63,616 nt of DNA from a virus (IMGVR_UViG_2851982317_000002), one strand, 5' to 3'; positions 28,056 to 40,700 are shown, numbered from the stretch's first letter. Notes: generated by a model not told the origin, from the letters alone. A program made the numbers and translations.

Positions 28056-31000
28056 TTTGGGGATTGATGCGGCAGAGTTTAAAAATGAAATTCCCCGTAT
28101 CAAAAACCTTCTGAATGGTGCAGCCAGCGATGCAGAACGGTCTTCTGCCCGTATGCAGCGTTTTATGGAGCGTCAGACTCAGGCCGCCCGGCAGACAATG
28201 CAGGCGGCTTCTTCGGCTGCAACAGCCGCATCCGTCCATGCGCAGACGGTGGAGAAGAGCGCACAGGCTCATGAACGCATGGCCCGCGAGGTGGAGCAAA
28301 CCCGCCAGCGTATGGAGGCACTGAGCCAGAAAATGCGCGAGGAACAGGCGCAGGCCATGGCTCTGGCGGAGGCTCAGGATAAAGCGGCTGCCGCGTTTTA
28401 TCGTCAGATTGACAGTGTGAAACAGGCCAGTGCGGGACTGCAGGAATTACAGCGTATTCAGCAGCAGATCCGACAGGCCAGAAACAGTGGCGGGATTGGT
28501 CAGCAGGATTATCTGGCGCTGATTTCTGAGGTTACGGCGAAAACCGGTGTTCTTACGCAGGCTGAGGCAGAGGCTACCCGACAGAAAGTGGCGTTTATCC
28601 GTCAGCTTAAAGAGCAGGCAACCCGCCAGAATCTTTCTTCTTCTGAGTTGCTTCGTGCTAAGGCTGCCCAGCTGGGGGTAAGCAGTGCTGCAGAAGTGTA
28701 TATCCGCAAAATGGAGCAGGCAGGAAAAGCCACGCATTCGCTGGGTCTGAAAAGTGCAGCGGCCCGCCAGGAGATAGGCGTTCTGATAGGTGAACTGGCT
28801 CGCGGCAATTTAGGTGCGCTGAGGGGATCCGGGATAACGCTGGCTAACCGTGCCGGATGGATAGACACACTGATGTCACCGAAAGGCATGATGCTGGGCG
28901 GGGTTATTGGCGGTATTGCCGCGGCCGTCTATGGTCTGGGTAAAGCCTGGTATGATGGTCAGAAGGAGGGGGAAGAATTTAACCGCCAGTTGTCGCTGAC
29001 GGGGCATTATGCCGGAGTCACTGCCGGGCAGCTGTGGACGCTCAGTCGTGCTATTTCCGGGAATGGTATTACGCAACATGCTGCAGCCGGTGCGCTGGCT
29101 CAGGTGGTGGGGAGTGGTGCATTTCGTGGAAACGATATCGGTATGGTGGCGAGAGCTGCCGCACAGATGGAGCGATCGGTTGGCCAGTCGGTCAGCGATA
29201 CCATAAATCAGTTTAAGCGGCTGAAGGATGATCCTGTAAATGCCGCGAAGGCTCTGGACAATGAGCTGCATTTTCTTACTGCCACTCAGCTTGAGCAGAT
29301 ACGCGTCCTTGGGGAACAGGGGCGGTCCAGTGATGCGGCACGGATAGCCATGTCTGCACTGGCAGAGGAAACCGGTCGGCGTACTGCGGATATTGATAAT
29401 AACCTCAATGCGCTGGGCAGTACGCTGAAGTATCTGTCTGATTTATGGAGTCGTTTCTGGGATGCGGCCATGAATATTGGTCGTGAAGACTCGCAGGATG
29501 AACAGATTTCCGCTTTACAGGAGAAAGTGTCGCGGGCGAAAAGACTCCCCTGGACGGCATCATCTTCTCAGGTTGAGTACGATCAGCAGCGTCTTAACGA
29601 GCTTCAGGAGAAAAAACGCCAGAAGGATTTGCAGGATGCAAAAGAGCAGGCAGAGCGGAATTATCAGGAGCAACAGAAACGCCGTAATGCTGAAAATGCT
29701 GCACTGAACCGGATGAATGAAACGGAAGCAGCACGACATCAGCGTGAAATTGCGCGTATTAATTCCATGCAGTACGCCGATCAGGCTGTCAGGGATGCGG
29801 CGATACAACGTGAAAATGAACGTTACGAGAAAGCCCTGGCATCCGGTAAGAAAAAAACACGCGACCCCCGTAATGATGAGGCCACCCGGTTATTGCTGCA
29901 GTACAGTCAGCAACAGGCACAGGTGGAAGGACAGATTGCTGCTGCCAGACAGTCAGCAGGCATTGCCACGGAAAGGATGACAGAAGCGCATAAACAGCTT
30001 CTGGCTATGCAGCAGCGCATCAGCGACCTGGACGGGAAAAAACTGACGGCAGATGAAAAGAGTGTGCTGGCCCGTAAAGATGAACTGATTCAGGCACTGA
30101 CGCTGCTGGATGTAAAACAGCAGGAGCTTCAGAAACAGACGGCACTCAACGAGCTGAAGAAAAAAACAATTCAGCTGACCAGTCAACTGGCTGAAGAAGA
30201 GCGCGCTCAGCGTCAGCAACATGACCTGGATATCGCCACGGTGGGTATGGGTGATCAGCAGCGGCAGCGATATCAGGTACAACTGAGTCTTCGCCAGAAA
30301 TACCAGCAACAGCTGGAGCAGTTGAGGCGGGATAGTGAGCAGAAAGGAACATATAACACGGATGACTACAGAAAGGCCGAGCAGGCGCTGACGGAGAGCC
30401 TGAACCGACAACTGAATGAGAATCGCCGTTACTGGCAACAGCTTGAAGTTGTGCAGGGTAACTGGAAAAACGGAGTCCTGCGTGCATTTCAGGATTTTAC
30501 CGTGGATGCAGATAATACGGCAGGAACAGCAGAACAGGTGTTCTCGTCAGCCTTCAGCAACATGGGAAATGGCCTGGCAACTTTTGTCACTACCGGCAAA
30601 CTCAATTTCAAATCCTTCACCTCTTCTGTGCTGTCAGATATGGCGAAAATCCTGGCGCAGGCAACCATGATGAAATCGATAAAAGGGATTGGCAGTGTAC
30701 TGAGATTTGATCTCAGCAGCCTTTCCCTGAATGCCAATGGGGGGATTTATCAGTCTGCTGATTTGAGTCGTTACAGTGGCACGGTGGTTAACCGTCCGAC
30801 GTTTTTTGCTTTTGCAAAAGGCGCGGGTGTGATGGGGGAAGCGGGACCTGAAGCCATTCTGCCACTGCGTCGTGGTGCTGACGGTAAGCTGGGGGTTGTG
30901 GCGGATATTGGTGGTTCAGGTATGGCGATGTTTGCCCCGCAGTACAACATCGAGATCAATAACGATGGCACGAACGGGCAGATAGGTCCGGCTGCCCTGA

Positions 31001-31092
31001 AGGTGGTTTATGACCTCGGGAAAAAAGCGGCAGCGGACTTTATGCAACAGCAGGCCCGTGATGGTGGTCGGTTAAGTGGAGCATATCGGTAA
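28027..31092 (+). CDS. H: tail tape measure protein H
   Basis: 1021 aa from the ATG at 28027; long coiled-coil-rich protein in the canonical position after G/GT. Confidence 0.88.
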   Translation: MDQIANLVIDLGIDAAEFKNEIPRIKNLLNGAASDAERSSARMQRFMERQTQAARQTMQAASSAATAASVHAQTVEKSAQAHERMAREVEQTRQRMEALSQKMREEQAQAMALAEAQDKAAAAFYRQIDSVKQASAGLQELQRIQQQIRQARNSGGIGQQDYLALISEVTAKTGVLTQAEAEATRQKVAFIRQLKEQATRQNLSSSELLRAKAAQLGVSSAAEVYIRKMEQAGKATHSLGLKSAAARQEIGVLIGELARGNLGALRGSGITLANRAGWIDTLMSPKGMMLGGVIGGIAAAVYGLGKAWYDGQKEGEEFNRQLSLTGHYAGVTAGQLWTLSRAISGNGITQHAAAGALAQVVGSGAFRGNDIGMVARAAAQMERSVGQSVSDTINQFKRLKDDPVNAAKALDNELHFLTATQLEQIRVLGEQGRSSDAARIAMSALAEETGRRTADIDNNLNALGSTLKYLSDLWSRFWDAAMNIGREDSQDEQISALQEKVSRAKRLPWTASSSQVEYDQQRLNELQEKKRQKDLQDAKEQAERNYQEQQKRRNAENAALNRMNETEAARHQREIARINSMQYADQAVRDAAIQRENERYEKALASGKKKTRDPRNDEATRLLLQYSQQQAQVEGQIAAARQSAGIATERMTEAHKQLLAMQQRISDLDGKKLTADEKSVLARKDELIQALTLLDVKQQELQKQTALNELKKKTIQLTSQLAEEERAQRQQHDLDIATVGMGDQQRQRYQVQLSLRQKYQQQLEQLRRDSEQKGTYNTDDYRKAEQALTESLNRQLNENRRYWQQLEVVQGNWKNGVLRAFQDFTVDADNTAGTAEQVFSSAFSNMGNGLATFVTTGKLNFKSFTSSVLSDMAKILAQATMMKSIKGIGSVLRFDLSSLSLNANGGIYQSADLSRYSGTVVNRPTFFAFAKGAGVMGEAGPEAILPLRRGADGKLGVVADIGGSGMAMFAPQYNIEINNDGTNGQIGPAALKVVYDLGKKAAADFMQQQARDGGRLSGAYR

Positions 31093-31421
31093 TGGAGACG
31101 TTTCACTGGAAAGTGCGCCCGGATATGAATGTGGTATCAGAGCCGAAAGTGGTGACAGTGAAGCTGGGCGATGGTTATGAACAGCGTCGTGCGGCGGGAC
31201 TGAATAACCAGTTGTCGATTTACAGCGTGACGATACGTGTTCGTAAATGTGAACACCCATCTTTAAAAGCCTTTCTGGAACGGCACGGTGGCGTCCGCGC
31301 ATTTCAGTGGACGCCACCTTATGACTGGAAGCCGATCAGGGTGGTTTGTCGTAAATGGTCGGCAAGCGTGGGGGCGCTGTGGATAACCATAACGGCAGAT
31401 TTTGAACAGGTCGTGGCATAG
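31092..31421 (+). CDS. M: minor tail protein M
   Basis: 109 aa, same length and position as lambda gpM; TAATG overlap with H. Confidence 0.85.
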   Translation: METFHWKVRPDMNVVSEPKVVTVKLGDGYEQRRAAGLNNQLSIYSVTIRVRKCEHPSLKAFLERHGGVRAFQWTPPYDWKPIRVVCRKWSASVGALWITITADFEQVVA

Positions 31422-31430
31422 GAGGCTCTG

Positions 31431-32129
31431 ATGCAGGATATTCCACAGGAAACACATCATGAGACGACACGCCTCACTCAGTCAGCCCAGGTGGTGCTCT
31501 GGGAAATCGATCTGACAGAGGTCGGTGGTGAACGTTATTTTTTCTGTAATGAGCAGAACGAAAAAGGTGAGCCGGTTACCTGGCAGGGGCGGCAGTATCA
31601 GGCATACCCCATTCAGGGGACGGGATTTGAACTGAATGGCAAGGGCAGTGCTGCCCGTCCGACACTGACGGTTTCTAACCTGCACGGCATGGTCACCGGG
31701 ATGGCGGAAGACCTGCAGAGTCTGGTCGGCGGAACGGTGGTCCGGCGTAAGGTTTACGCCCGTTTTCTGGATGCGGTGAACTTCGTCAACGGAAACAGTG
31801 ACGCCGATCCGGAGCAGGAGGTGATTAGCCGCTGGCGCATCGAGCAGTGCAGCGAACTGAGCGCGGTGAGTGCCTCTTTTGTACTGTCCACGCCGACGGA
31901 AACGGACGGTGCCGTTTTTCCGGGACGTATCATGCTGGCCAACACCTGCACCTGGACCTATCGCGGTGACGAGTGCGGTTATCACGGTCCGGCGGTCGCG
32001 GATGAATATGATCAGCCGACGTCCGATATCACGAAGGATAAATGCAGCAAATGCCTGAGCGGCTGTAAGTTTCGCAATAACGTCGGCAACTTTGGCGGCT
32101 TCCTTTCCATTAACAAACTTTCGCAGTGA
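31431..32129 (+). CDS. L: minor tail protein L
   Basis: 232 aa, same length as lambda gpL; C-terminal Cys cluster (CGYHG...CSKCLSGC); AGGAGG RBS. Confidence 0.88.
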   Translation: MQDIPQETHHETTRLTQSAQVVLWEIDLTEVGGERYFFCNEQNEKGEPVTWQGRQYQAYPIQGTGFELNGKGSAARPTLTVSNLHGMVTGMAEDLQSLVGGTVVRRKVYARFLDAVNFVNGNSDADPEQEVISRWRIEQCSELSAVSASFVLSTPTETDGAVFPGRIMLANTCTWTYRGDECGYHGPAVADEYDQPTSDITKDKCSKCLSGCKFRNNVGNFGGFLSINKLSQ

Positions 32130-32878
32130 ATCCCATGACAGAGACAGAATCAGCGATTCTGGCGCATGCCCGGCGATGTGCGCCAGCGGAGTCGTGCGGC
32201 TTCGTGGTGAGAACACCGGAGGGGGAAAGATATTTTCCCTGCGTGAATATCTCTGGTGAGCCGGAGGCGTATTTCCGGATGTCGCCGGAGGACTGGCTGA
32301 GTGCAGAAATGCAGGGAGAGATTGTGGCGCTGGTCCACAGCCACCCCGGTGGTCTGCCCTGGCTGAGTGAGGCCGACCGGCGGCTGCAGGTGCAGAGTGA
32401 TTTGCCGTGGTGGCTGGTCTGCCGGGGGGCGATTCATAAATTCCGCTGTGTGCCGCATCTCACCGGGCGGCGCTTTGAGCACGGGGTGACGGACTGTTAC
32501 ACGCTGTTCCGGGACGCTTACCATCTGGCGGGAATTGAGATGCCGGATTTGCATCGCGGGGATGACTGGTGGCGTCACGGCCAGAATCTCTATCTTGACA
32601 ATATGGAGGCAACGGGTTTTTACCGTGTCCCACTGACAGAGGCGCAGCCTGGCGACGTGCTGCTGTGCTGTTTTGGTTCATCGGTGCCGAATCATGCCGC
32701 CATTTACTGTGGCGACGGCGAGCTGCTGCACCATATTCCTGAACAACTGAGTAAACGAGAGAGGTACACCGACAAATGGCAGCGACGCACACACTCCCTC
32801 TGGCGTCACCGGGCATGGCACGCATCTGCCTTTACGGGGATTTGCAACGATTTGGTCGCCGTATCGACCTTCGTGTGA
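32126..32878 (+). CDS. K: tail assembly protein K (NlpC/P60 + JAB/MPN-like)
   Basis: 250-aa ORF (GTG at 32126 or ATG at 32135); JAB-like HSHP motif (ALVHSHPGG); canonical position. Confidence 0.82.
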   Translation: MNPMTETESAILAHARRCAPAESCGFVVRTPEGERYFPCVNISGEPEAYFRMSPEDWLSAEMQGEIVALVHSHPGGLPWLSEADRRLQVQSDLPWWLVCRGAIHKFRCVPHLTGRRFEHGVTDCYTLFRDAYHLAGIEMPDLHRGDDWWRHGQNLYLDNMEATGFYRVPLTEAQPGDVLLCCFGSSVPNHAAIYCGDGELLHHIPEQLSKRERYTDKWQRRTHSLWRHRAWHASAFTGICNDLVAVSTFV

Positions 32879-33423
32879 AAACGGGGGCTGAAGCCATCCG
32901 GGCACTGGCCACACAGCTCCCGGTGTTTCGTCAGACACTGAATGAGGGCTGGTATCAGGTGCGCATTGCCGGGCGTGATGCAGGCGAAAATGAATTATCT
33001 GCCCGTCTTAATGAGCCGCTGGCAAATGGTGCCGTGATCCACATCGTGCCGCGTCTGGCGGGAGCTAAAAGTGGCGGTGTGTTTCAGGTGGTGCTTGGGG
33101 CGGCGCTGATTGCGGTGGCATGGTGGAACCCTGTGGGCTGGCTGGGGGCCGCGGCTGTATCGGGCATGTATGCGGCAGGGGCCAGTATGATCCTGGGCGG
33201 AGTGGCGCAGATGCTGGCACCGAAAGCCAGGACGCCCACGGCAGCCAGTACAGATAACGGCAAACAGAACACCTATTTCTCCTCACTGGATAACATGGTT
33301 GCCCAGGGCAATGTTCTGCCTGTTCTGTACGGTGAAATGCGCGTGGGGTCACGTGTGGTTTCTCAGGAGATCAGCACGGCAGACGAAGGGGATGGTGGTC
33401 AGGTTGTGGTGATTGGTCGCTGA
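32776..33423 (+). CDS. I: tail assembly protein I
   Basis: 215 aa overlapping the 3' end of K as in lambda; C-terminus NGKQNTYFSSLDNMVAQGNVLPVLYGEMRVGSRVVSQEISTADEGDGGQVVVIGR as I recall for gpI. Confidence 0.8.
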   Translation: MAATHTLPLASPGMARICLYGDLQRFGRRIDLRVKTGAEAIRALATQLPVFRQTLNEGWYQVRIAGRDAGENELSARLNEPLANGAVIHIVPRLAGAKSGGVFQVVLGAALIAVAWWNPVGWLGAAAVSGMYAAGASMILGGVAQMLAPKARTPTAASTDNGKQNTYFSSLDNMVAQGNVLPVLYGEMRVGSRVVSQEISTADEGDGGQVVVIGR

Positions 33424-33483
33424 TGCAAAATGTTTTATGTGAAACCGCCTCCGGGCGGTTTTGTCGTTTATGGAGCATGACGA

Positions 33484-36400
33484 ATGGGTAAAGGCAGCAG
33501 TAAGGGGCATACCCCGCGCGAAGCGAAGGATAACCTGAAATCCACGCAGCTGCTGAGTGTGATCGATGCCATCAGCGAAGGGCCGATTGAAGGTCCGGTG
33601 GATGGATTAAAAAGCGTGCTGCTGAACAGTACACCGGTGCTGGACAGTGAGGGGAATACCAACATCTCCGGTGTCACGGTGGTGTTCCGGGCAGGTGAGC
33701 AAGAGCAGACACCGCCGGAGGGATTTGAATCCTCCGGTTCCGAGACGGTGCTGGGTACGGAAGTGAAATACGACACGCCGATCACCCGGACCATCACGTC
33801 TGCAAACATCGACCGTCTGCGCTTTACCTTCGGTGTGCAGGCACTGGTGGAAACCACCTCAAAGGGGGACCGGAATCCGTCGGAAGTCCGCCTGCTGGTT
33901 CAGATACAACGTAACGGTGGCTGGGTGACGGAAAAAGACATCACCATTAAGGGCAAAACCACCTCGCAGTATCTGGCCTCGGTGGTGGTGGGTAACCTGC
34001 CGCCGCGCCCGTTCAATATACGGATGCGCAGGATGACGCCGGACAGCACCACAGACCAGCTGCAGAACAAAACGCTCTGGTCGTCATACACCGAAATCAT
34101 CGATGTGAAACAGTGCTACCCGAACACGGCACTGGTCGGCGTGCAGGTGGATTCGGAGCAGTTCGGCAGCCAGCAGGTGAGCCGTAATTATCATCTGCGC
34201 GGGCGCATTCTGCAGGTGCCGTCGAACTATAACCCGCAGATGCGGCAATACAGCGGTATCTGGGACGGAACGTTTAAGCCAGCATACAGCAACAACATGG
34301 CCTGGTGTCTGTGGGATATGCTGACCCATCCGCGCTACGGCATGGGGAAACGTCTTGGTGCGGCGGATGTGGACAAATGGGCGCTGTATGTCATCGGCCA
34401 GCATTGCGATCAGTCGGTGCCGGACGGTTTTGGCGGCACGGAGCCGCGCATCACCTGTAATGCGTACCTGACCACACAGCGCAAGGCGTGGGATGTGCTC
34501 AGTGATTTCTGCTCGGCGATGCGCTGTATGCCGGTATGGAACGGGCAGACGCTGACGTTCGTGCAGGACCGACCATCAGATAAGGTGTGGACCTATAACC
34601 GCAGTAATGTGGTGATGCCGGATGATGGCGCGCCGTTCCGCTACAGCTTCAGCGCCCTGAAGGACCGCCATAATGCCGTTGAGGTGAACTGGATTGACCC
34701 GGATAACGGCTGGGAGACGGCGACAGAGCTTGTGGAGGACACGCAGGCCATTGCCCGTTACGGTCGTAACGTCACGAAGATGGATGCCTTTGGCTGTACC
34801 AGCCGGGGGCAGGCGCACCGCGCCGGGCTGTGGCTGATTAAAACGGAACTGCTGGAAACGCAGACCGTGGACTTCAGCGTGGGTGCCGAAGGGCTTCGCC
34901 ATGTACCGGGCGATGTCATTGAAATCTGTGATGATGACTATGCGGGGATCAGCACCGGCGGGCGTGTGCTGGCGGTGAACAGCCAGACCCGGACACTGAC
35001 GCTCGACCGTGAAATCACGCTGCCATCCTCCGGCACCACGCTGATAAGCCTGGTTGACGGGCAGGGTAATCCGGTGAGCGTGGAGGTCCAGTCCGTCACC
35101 GACGGCGTGAAGGTGAAAGTGAGCCGGGTTCCTGACGGCGTTGCCGAGTACAGCGTGTGGGGGCTGAAGCTGCCGACGCTGCGCCAGCGCCTGTTCCGCT
35201 GCGTGAGTATCCGTGAGAACGATGACGGCACGTATGCCATCACCGCCGTGCAGCATGTACCGGAAAAAGAGGCCATCGTGGATAACGGGGCGCACTTTGA
35301 CGGCGACCAGAGCGGCACGGTGAATGGTGTCACGCCGCCAGCAGTGCAGCATCTGACCGCAGAAGTCACCGCAGACAGCGGGGAATACCAGGTGCTGGCC
35401 CGCTGGGACACGCCGAAGGTGGTGAAGGGGGTGAGCTTTATGCTTCGCCTGACCGTGGCAGCGGATGACGGCAGTGAGCGACTGGTCAGCACGGCCCGGA
35501 CGACGGAAACCACATACCGCTTCACGCAACTGGCGCTGGGGAACTACAGGCTGACAGTCCGGGCGGTAAATGCGTGGGGACAGCAGGGCGATCCGGCATC
35601 GGTATCGTTCCGGATTGCCACACCGGCAGCGCCGTCGCGGATTGAGCTGACGCCGGGCTATTTTCAGATAACCGCCACGCCGCATCTTGCGGTTTATGAT
35701 CCGACGGTACAGTTTGAGTTCTGGTTCTCGGAAAAGCGGATTGCGGATATCAGGCAGGTTGAAACCAGCGCGCGTTATCTTGGCACGGCGCTGTACTGGA
35801 TAGCCGCCAGTATCAATATCAAACCGGGCCATGATTATTATTTTTACGTTCGCAGTGTGAACACCGTTGGCAAATCGGCATTCGTGGAGGCTGTTGGTCA
35901 GCCGAGTGATGACGCATCCGGCTATCTGGATTTTTTCAAAGGCGAGATAGGGAAAACCCATCTGGCTCAGGAGCTGTGGACGCAGATTGATAACGGTCAG
36001 CTTGCGCCTGACCTGGCTGAAATCAGGACATCCATTACGGATGTCAGCAATGAAATCACACAGACCGTCAATAAGAAACTGGAAGACCAGAGTGCAGCGA
36101 TCCAGCAGATACAGAAGGTTCAGGTTGATACAAATAATAATCTGAACAGCATGTGGGCTGTGAAGCTGCAGCAGATGCAGGATGGACGCCTTTATATTGC
36201 GGGTATCGGTGCCGGTATTGAGAACACCCCTGACGGCATGCAGAGTCAGGTGCTGCTGGCGGCGGACAGGATTGCGATGGTTAATCCTGCGAATGGCAAC
36301 ACAAAACCGATGTTTGTTGGTCAGGGCGATCAGATATTCATGAATGACGTGTTCCTGAAACGCCTGACGGCTCCCACCATTACCAGCGGTGGAAATCCGC

Positions 36401-36981
36401 CGGCATTTTCCCTGACACCGGACGGAAAGCTGACCGCTAAAAATGCGGATATCAGTGGCAGTGTGAATGCGAACGCCGGGACGCTCAACAATGTCACGGT
36501 AAATGAAAACTGTACGATTAAGGGCATGCTGGAGGCGACTCAGGTCAGAGGTGACTTCGTTAAAGCTGTATCCAAATCATTCCCGAAACAGGCTGGTACG
36601 TGGGGTAATACGGAAACACCAAACGGGACGGTTACAGTCACCATCAGCGATGATCATAACTTTGACCGTCAAATCATTATTCCGCCCATTATCTTTAACG
36701 GAATAGCGTATAGCGATCCGGGAAGTGGTAATAACCCGGGAGGTACAAGATACACGGGTTATGGTTTTGAAGTTCGCAAAAACGGCGTATTAATCGCATC
36801 CAGAGAAACTAAAGGGGCCATTCCCGGTAGTTACAGTGCAGTTATTGATATGCCGAGTGGCAGGGGAAGCGTCACTCTGGAGTTTAAGATTTTCCAGAAA
36901 GGCAATCAGGGGGCAGGCAATATCACCGACTGTACGGTGATTGTGACCAAAAAAGCCGCTTCCGGCATCAGTATTCGTTGA
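33484..36981 (+). CDS. J: central tail fiber / host specificity protein J
   Basis: 1165 aa, canonical position after I; size close to lambda gpJ. Confidence 0.9.
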   Translation: MGKGSSKGHTPREAKDNLKSTQLLSVIDAISEGPIEGPVDGLKSVLLNSTPVLDSEGNTNISGVTVVFRAGEQEQTPPEGFESSGSETVLGTEVKYDTPITRTITSANIDRLRFTFGVQALVETTSKGDRNPSEVRLLVQIQRNGGWVTEKDITIKGKTTSQYLASVVVGNLPPRPFNIRMRRMTPDSTTDQLQNKTLWSSYTEIIDVKQCYPNTALVGVQVDSEQFGSQQVSRNYHLRGRILQVPSNYNPQMRQYSGIWDGTFKPAYSNNMAWCLWDMLTHPRYGMGKRLGAADVDKWALYVIGQHCDQSVPDGFGGTEPRITCNAYLTTQRKAWDVLSDFCSAMRCMPVWNGQTLTFVQDRPSDKVWTYNRSNVVMPDDGAPFRYSFSALKDRHNAVEVNWIDPDNGWETATELVEDTQAIARYGRNVTKMDAFGCTSRGQAHRAGLWLIKTELLETQTVDFSVGAEGLRHVPGDVIEICDDDYAGISTGGRVLAVNSQTRTLTLDREITLPSSGTTLISLVDGQGNPVSVEVQSVTDGVKVKVSRVPDGVAEYSVWGLKLPTLRQRLFRCVSIRENDDGTYAITAVQHVPEKEAIVDNGAHFDGDQSGTVNGVTPPAVQHLTAEVTADSGEYQVLARWDTPKVVKGVSFMLRLTVAADDGSERLVSTARTTETTYRFTQLALGNYRLTVRAVNAWGQQGDPASVSFRIATPAAPSRIELTPGYFQITATPHLAVYDPTVQFEFWFSEKRIADIRQVETSARYLGTALYWIAASINIKPGHDYYFYVRSVNTVGKSAFVEAVGQPSDDASGYLDFFKGEIGKTHLAQELWTQIDNGQLAPDLAEIRTSITDVSNEITQTVNKKLEDQSAAIQQIQKVQVDTNNNLNSMWAVKLQQMQDGRLYIAGIGAGIENTPDGMQSQVLLAADRIAMVNPANGNTKPMFVGQGDQIFMNDVFLKRLTAPTITSGGNPPAFSLTPDGKLTAKNADISGSVNANAGTLNNVTVNENCTIKGMLEATQVRGDFVKAVSKSFPKQAGTWGNTETPNGTVTVTISDDHNFDRQIIIPPIIFNGIAYSDPGSGNNPGGTRYTGYGFEVRKNGVLIASRETKGAIPGSYSAVIDMPSGRGSVTLEFKIFQKGNQGAGNITDCTVIVTKKAASGISIR

Positions 36982-37003
36982 AATATTTATAACCCCAATA
37001 AAG

Positions 37004-37027
37004 GGCGTCAGGAATGACGCCTTTTTT
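37004..37027 (+). terminator. intrinsic terminator after J
   Basis: GGCGTCA-(GGAA)-TGACGCC hairpin followed by TTTTTT. Confidence 0.6.
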
Positions 37028-37051
37028 ATTGCAGAAAAGCGAGAGGTAATT

Positions 37052-37651
37052 ATGCGTAAAGTTTGTGCAGCAATTTTGTCCGCAGCCATTTGTCTGGCCG
37101 TATCCGGTGCGCCTGCATGGGCGTCTGAACATCAGTCCACGCTGAGCGCGGGGTATCTTCATGCTTCGACGAACGTCCCCGGCAGTGATGATCTGAACGG
37201 GATTAACGTGAAATACCGTTATGAGTTTACGGACACACTGGGGCTGGTGACGTCATTCAGCTATGCAGGAGACAAGAATCGCCAGCTGACCCGTTACAGC
37301 GATACCCGCTGGCATGAAGATTCCGTTCGTAACCGCTGGTTCAGCGTAATGGCGGGGCCGTCTGTGCGCGTGAATGAATGGTTCAGCGCGTATGCGATGG
37401 CGGGTGTGGCTTACAGCCGTGTGTCGACTTTCTCCGGGGATTATCTCCGCGTAACTGACAACAAGGGGAAAAAGCACGATGTGCTGACCGGAAGTGATGA
37501 CGGTCGCCACAGCAACACGTCTCTGGCGTGGGGGGCTGGCGTGCAGTTTAACCCGACCGAATCCGTGGCCATTGATATTGCTTATGAAGGCTCCGGCAGT
37601 GGTGACTGGCGCACTGACGGTTTCATCGTGGGTGTCGGTTATAAATTCTGA
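37052..37651 (+). CDS. lom: Lom-like outer membrane protein (Ail/OmpX family)
   Basis: 199 aa; signal peptide then beta-barrel-like sequence ending in aromatic YKF; position between J and stf as in lambda. Confidence 0.85.
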   Translation: MRKVCAAILSAAICLAVSGAPAWASEHQSTLSAGYLHASTNVPGSDDLNGINVKYRYEFTDTLGLVTSFSYAGDKNRQLTRYSDTRWHEDSVRNRWFSVMAGPSVRVNEWFSAYAMAGVAYSRVSTFSGDYLRVTDNKGKKHDVLTGSDDGRHSNTSLAWGAGVQFNPTESVAIDIAYEGSGSGDWRTDGFIVGVGYKF

Positions 37652-37678
37652 TTAGCCAGGTAACACAGTGTTATGACA

Positions 37679-37704
37679 GCCCGCCGGTTCAGGCGGGCTT
37701 TTTT
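37679..37704 (+). terminator. intrinsic terminator after lom
   Basis: GCCCGCC-(GGTTCA)-GGCGGGC hairpin followed by TTTTTT. Confidence 0.6.
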
Positions 37705-37715
37705 GTGGGGTGAAT

Positions 37716-40700
37716 ATGGCAGTAAAGATTTCAGGTGTACTGAAAGACGGCACAGGAAAACCGGTACAGAACTGCACAATCCAGCTGAAAGCAAAACGTA
37801 ACAGCACCACGGTGGTGGTGAACACGCTGGCCTCAGAAAATCCGGATGAAGCCGGGCGTTACAGCATGGACGTTGAGTACGGGCAGTACAGCGTTATTCT
37901 GTTGGTGGAGGGATTCCCGCCGTCACATGCCGGGACCATCACCGTGTATGAAGATTCCCGACCCGGTACGCTGAATGATTTTCTCGGTGCCATGACGGAG
38001 GATGATGCCCGTCCTGAGGCACTGCGCCGTTTTGAACTGATGGTGGAAGAGGTGGCGCGTAACGCGTCCGCGGTGGCACAGAACACGGCAGCCGCGAAGA
38101 AGTCAGCCAGCGATGCCGGCACATCAGCCCGTGAGGCGGCAACCCATACGACTGATGCTGCAGGCTCAGCACGCGCAGCCAGCACGTCAGCCGGACAGGC
38201 CGCGTCGTCGGCTCAGTCAGCATCTTCCAGCGCAGGAACGGCATCAACAAAGGCCAGTGAAGCATCGAAAAGTGCTGCTGCTGCAGAGTCCTCAAAAAGC
38301 GCGGCAGCTACCAGTGCCGCTGCGGCGAAAACGTCAGAAACGAATGCGGCAGCGTCACAACAATCAGCAGCCACTTCTGCATCCGCCGCGACCACGAAGG
38401 CGTCAGAAGCAGCCACCTCAGCCCGGGATGCGGCGGCCTCAAAAGAGGCAGCGAAATCATCAGAAACGAACGCATCATCAAGCGCCAGTAGTGCCGCTTC
38501 CTCGGCAACGGCGGCAGGCAATTCCGCGAAGGCGGCAAAGACGTCTGAGACAAACGCCAGGTCTTCTGAAACGGCAGCGGGACAGAGCGCCTCGGCTGCG
38601 GCAGGCTCAAAAACAGCGGCTGCGTCGTCTGCCAGTGCCGCGTCAACAAGTGCCGGGCAGGCCTCAGCCAGTGCCACCGCCGCCGGAAAATCGGCAGAAA
38701 GTGCCGCATCGTCTGCTTCAACAGCCACAACGAAGGCTGGCGAAGCCACTGAACAGGCCAGCGCAGCAGCGAGGTCTGCTTCCGCAGCGAAGACATCCGA
38801 GACGAACGCGAAAGCGTCGGAAACCAGCGCAGAATCCTCAAAAACGGCTGCCGCATCGTCCGCCAGTTCGGCGGCGTCATCGGCATCATCGGCGTCTGCT
38901 TCAAAAGATGAGGCGACCAGACAAGCGTCCGCAGCGAAGGGCAGCGCCACGACAGCATCCACGAAGGCGACAGAGGCAGCTGGCAGTGCGACGGCGGCAG
39001 CACAGAGCAAAAGTACGGCGGAATCCGCGGCAACGCGCGCCGAGACAGCGGCAAAACGGGCAGAGGATATTGCATCCGCCGTGGCGCTTGAGGATGCAAG
39101 TACGACGAAAAAGGGGATAGTACAGCTCAGCAGTGCGACCAACAGTACGTCTGAAACGCTGGCGGCAACGCCAAAGGCAGTAAAATCAGCCTATGACAAT
39201 GCAGAGAAACGTCTGCAGAAAGACCAGAACGGCGCTGATATACCCGATAAGGGACGCTTCCTGAACAACATTAACGCGGTCAGTAAAACAGACTTTGCTG
39301 ATAAGCGTGGTATGCGTTATGTGCGGGTTAACGCTCCTGCAGGTGCAACATCTGGAAAATATTACCCTGTTGTTGTTATGCGTTCTGCTGGCTCAGTAAG
39401 CGAACTGGCATCAAGGGTCATTATCACCACGGCAACGCGAACCGCAGGCGATCCGATGAATAACTGCGAGTTTAACGGATTTGTTATGCCTGGTGGCTGG
39501 ACTGACAGGGGGCGTTATGCTTATGGAATGTTCTGGCAATATCAAAACAATGAACGAGCCATCCACTCAATAATGATGAGTAATAAGGGCGATGATTTGC
39601 GCTCTGTGTTCTATGTTGATGGCGCTGCTTTCCCTGTTTTTGCGTTTATCGAAGATGGCCTGTCAATATCCGCACCTGGTGCTGATCTCGTTGTTAATGA
39701 TACGACCTATAAGTTTGGGGCAACAAATCCGGCGACTGAATGTATCGCGGCGGACGTTATCCTTGATTTTAAGAGTGGGCGTGGTTTTTATGAGTCTCAT
39801 TCATTAATCGTTAACGATAACTTGTCGTGCAAAAAACTTTTTGCCACAGACGAAATTGTAGCGCGTGGTGGTAATCAGATTCGAATGATAGGTGGGGAGT
39901 ATGGGGCATTATGGCGTAATGATGGCGCTAAAACTTACCTGCTGCTTACCAATCAAGGTGATGTTTATGGTGGCTGGAATACATTAAGACCGTTTGCTAT
40001 TGATAACGCAACCGGCGAACTGGTTATTGGAACCAAACTGTCCGCAAGTCTGAACGGTAATGCATTAACAGCAACAAAGCTGCAAACGCCAAGACGGGTT
40101 TCTGGTGTTGAGTTTGATGGTTCCAAAGATATTACTTTAACCGCCGCGCATGTGGCTGCTTTTGCCAGAAGGGCAACGGATACATATGCCGATGCGGATG
40201 GTGGCGTTCCCTGGAATGCCGAATCAGGCGCTTATAATGTCACCCGCTCTGGCGACAGCTATATTCTGGTTAACTTCTATACCGGAGTCGGAAGTTGCCG
40301 GACCTTGCAGATGAAGGCGCATTACAGAAATGGTGGTCTGTTCTACCGTTCTTCAAGAGACGGTTATGGTTTTGAGGAAGACTGGGCAGAAGTTTATACC
40401 TCGAAAAATCTTCCACCAGAAAGCTACCCAGTCGGCGCACCAATCCCGTGGCCATCAGATACCGTTCCGCCTGGTTATGCCCTGATGCAGGGGCAGACTT
40501 TTGACAAATCTGCATACCCGAAACTTGCAGCCGCTTATCCGTCAGGCGTGATCCCTGATATGCGTGGCTGGACGATTAAGGGCAAACCTGCCAGTGGTCG
40601 CGCCGTATTGTCTCAGGAACAGGACGGCATTAAATCGCACACCCACAGCGCCAGCGCATCCAGTACGGATTTGGGGACGAAAAACACATCGTCGTTTGAT

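Noticed and set aside
34576-35961. 461-aa antisense ORF inside gene J (and similar antisense ORFs inside the capsid, tape measure and methyltransferase genes)
   Set aside because: Fully embedded antisense to well-supported genes, Arg/His/Cys-rich compositions, no start context; typical GC-rich antisense artefacts
38113-39142. Long ORFs in other frames and on the minus strand (38113-39120 +, 38213-39142 -, 38308-39099 -) inside the tail fiber gene
   Set aside because: They translate to extreme low-complexity Arg/Pro/Gln or Ala/Asp tracts and arise from the GC-rich Ala/Ser codon repeats of stf; no RBS; the stf frame has a lambda-like N-terminus and C-terminus
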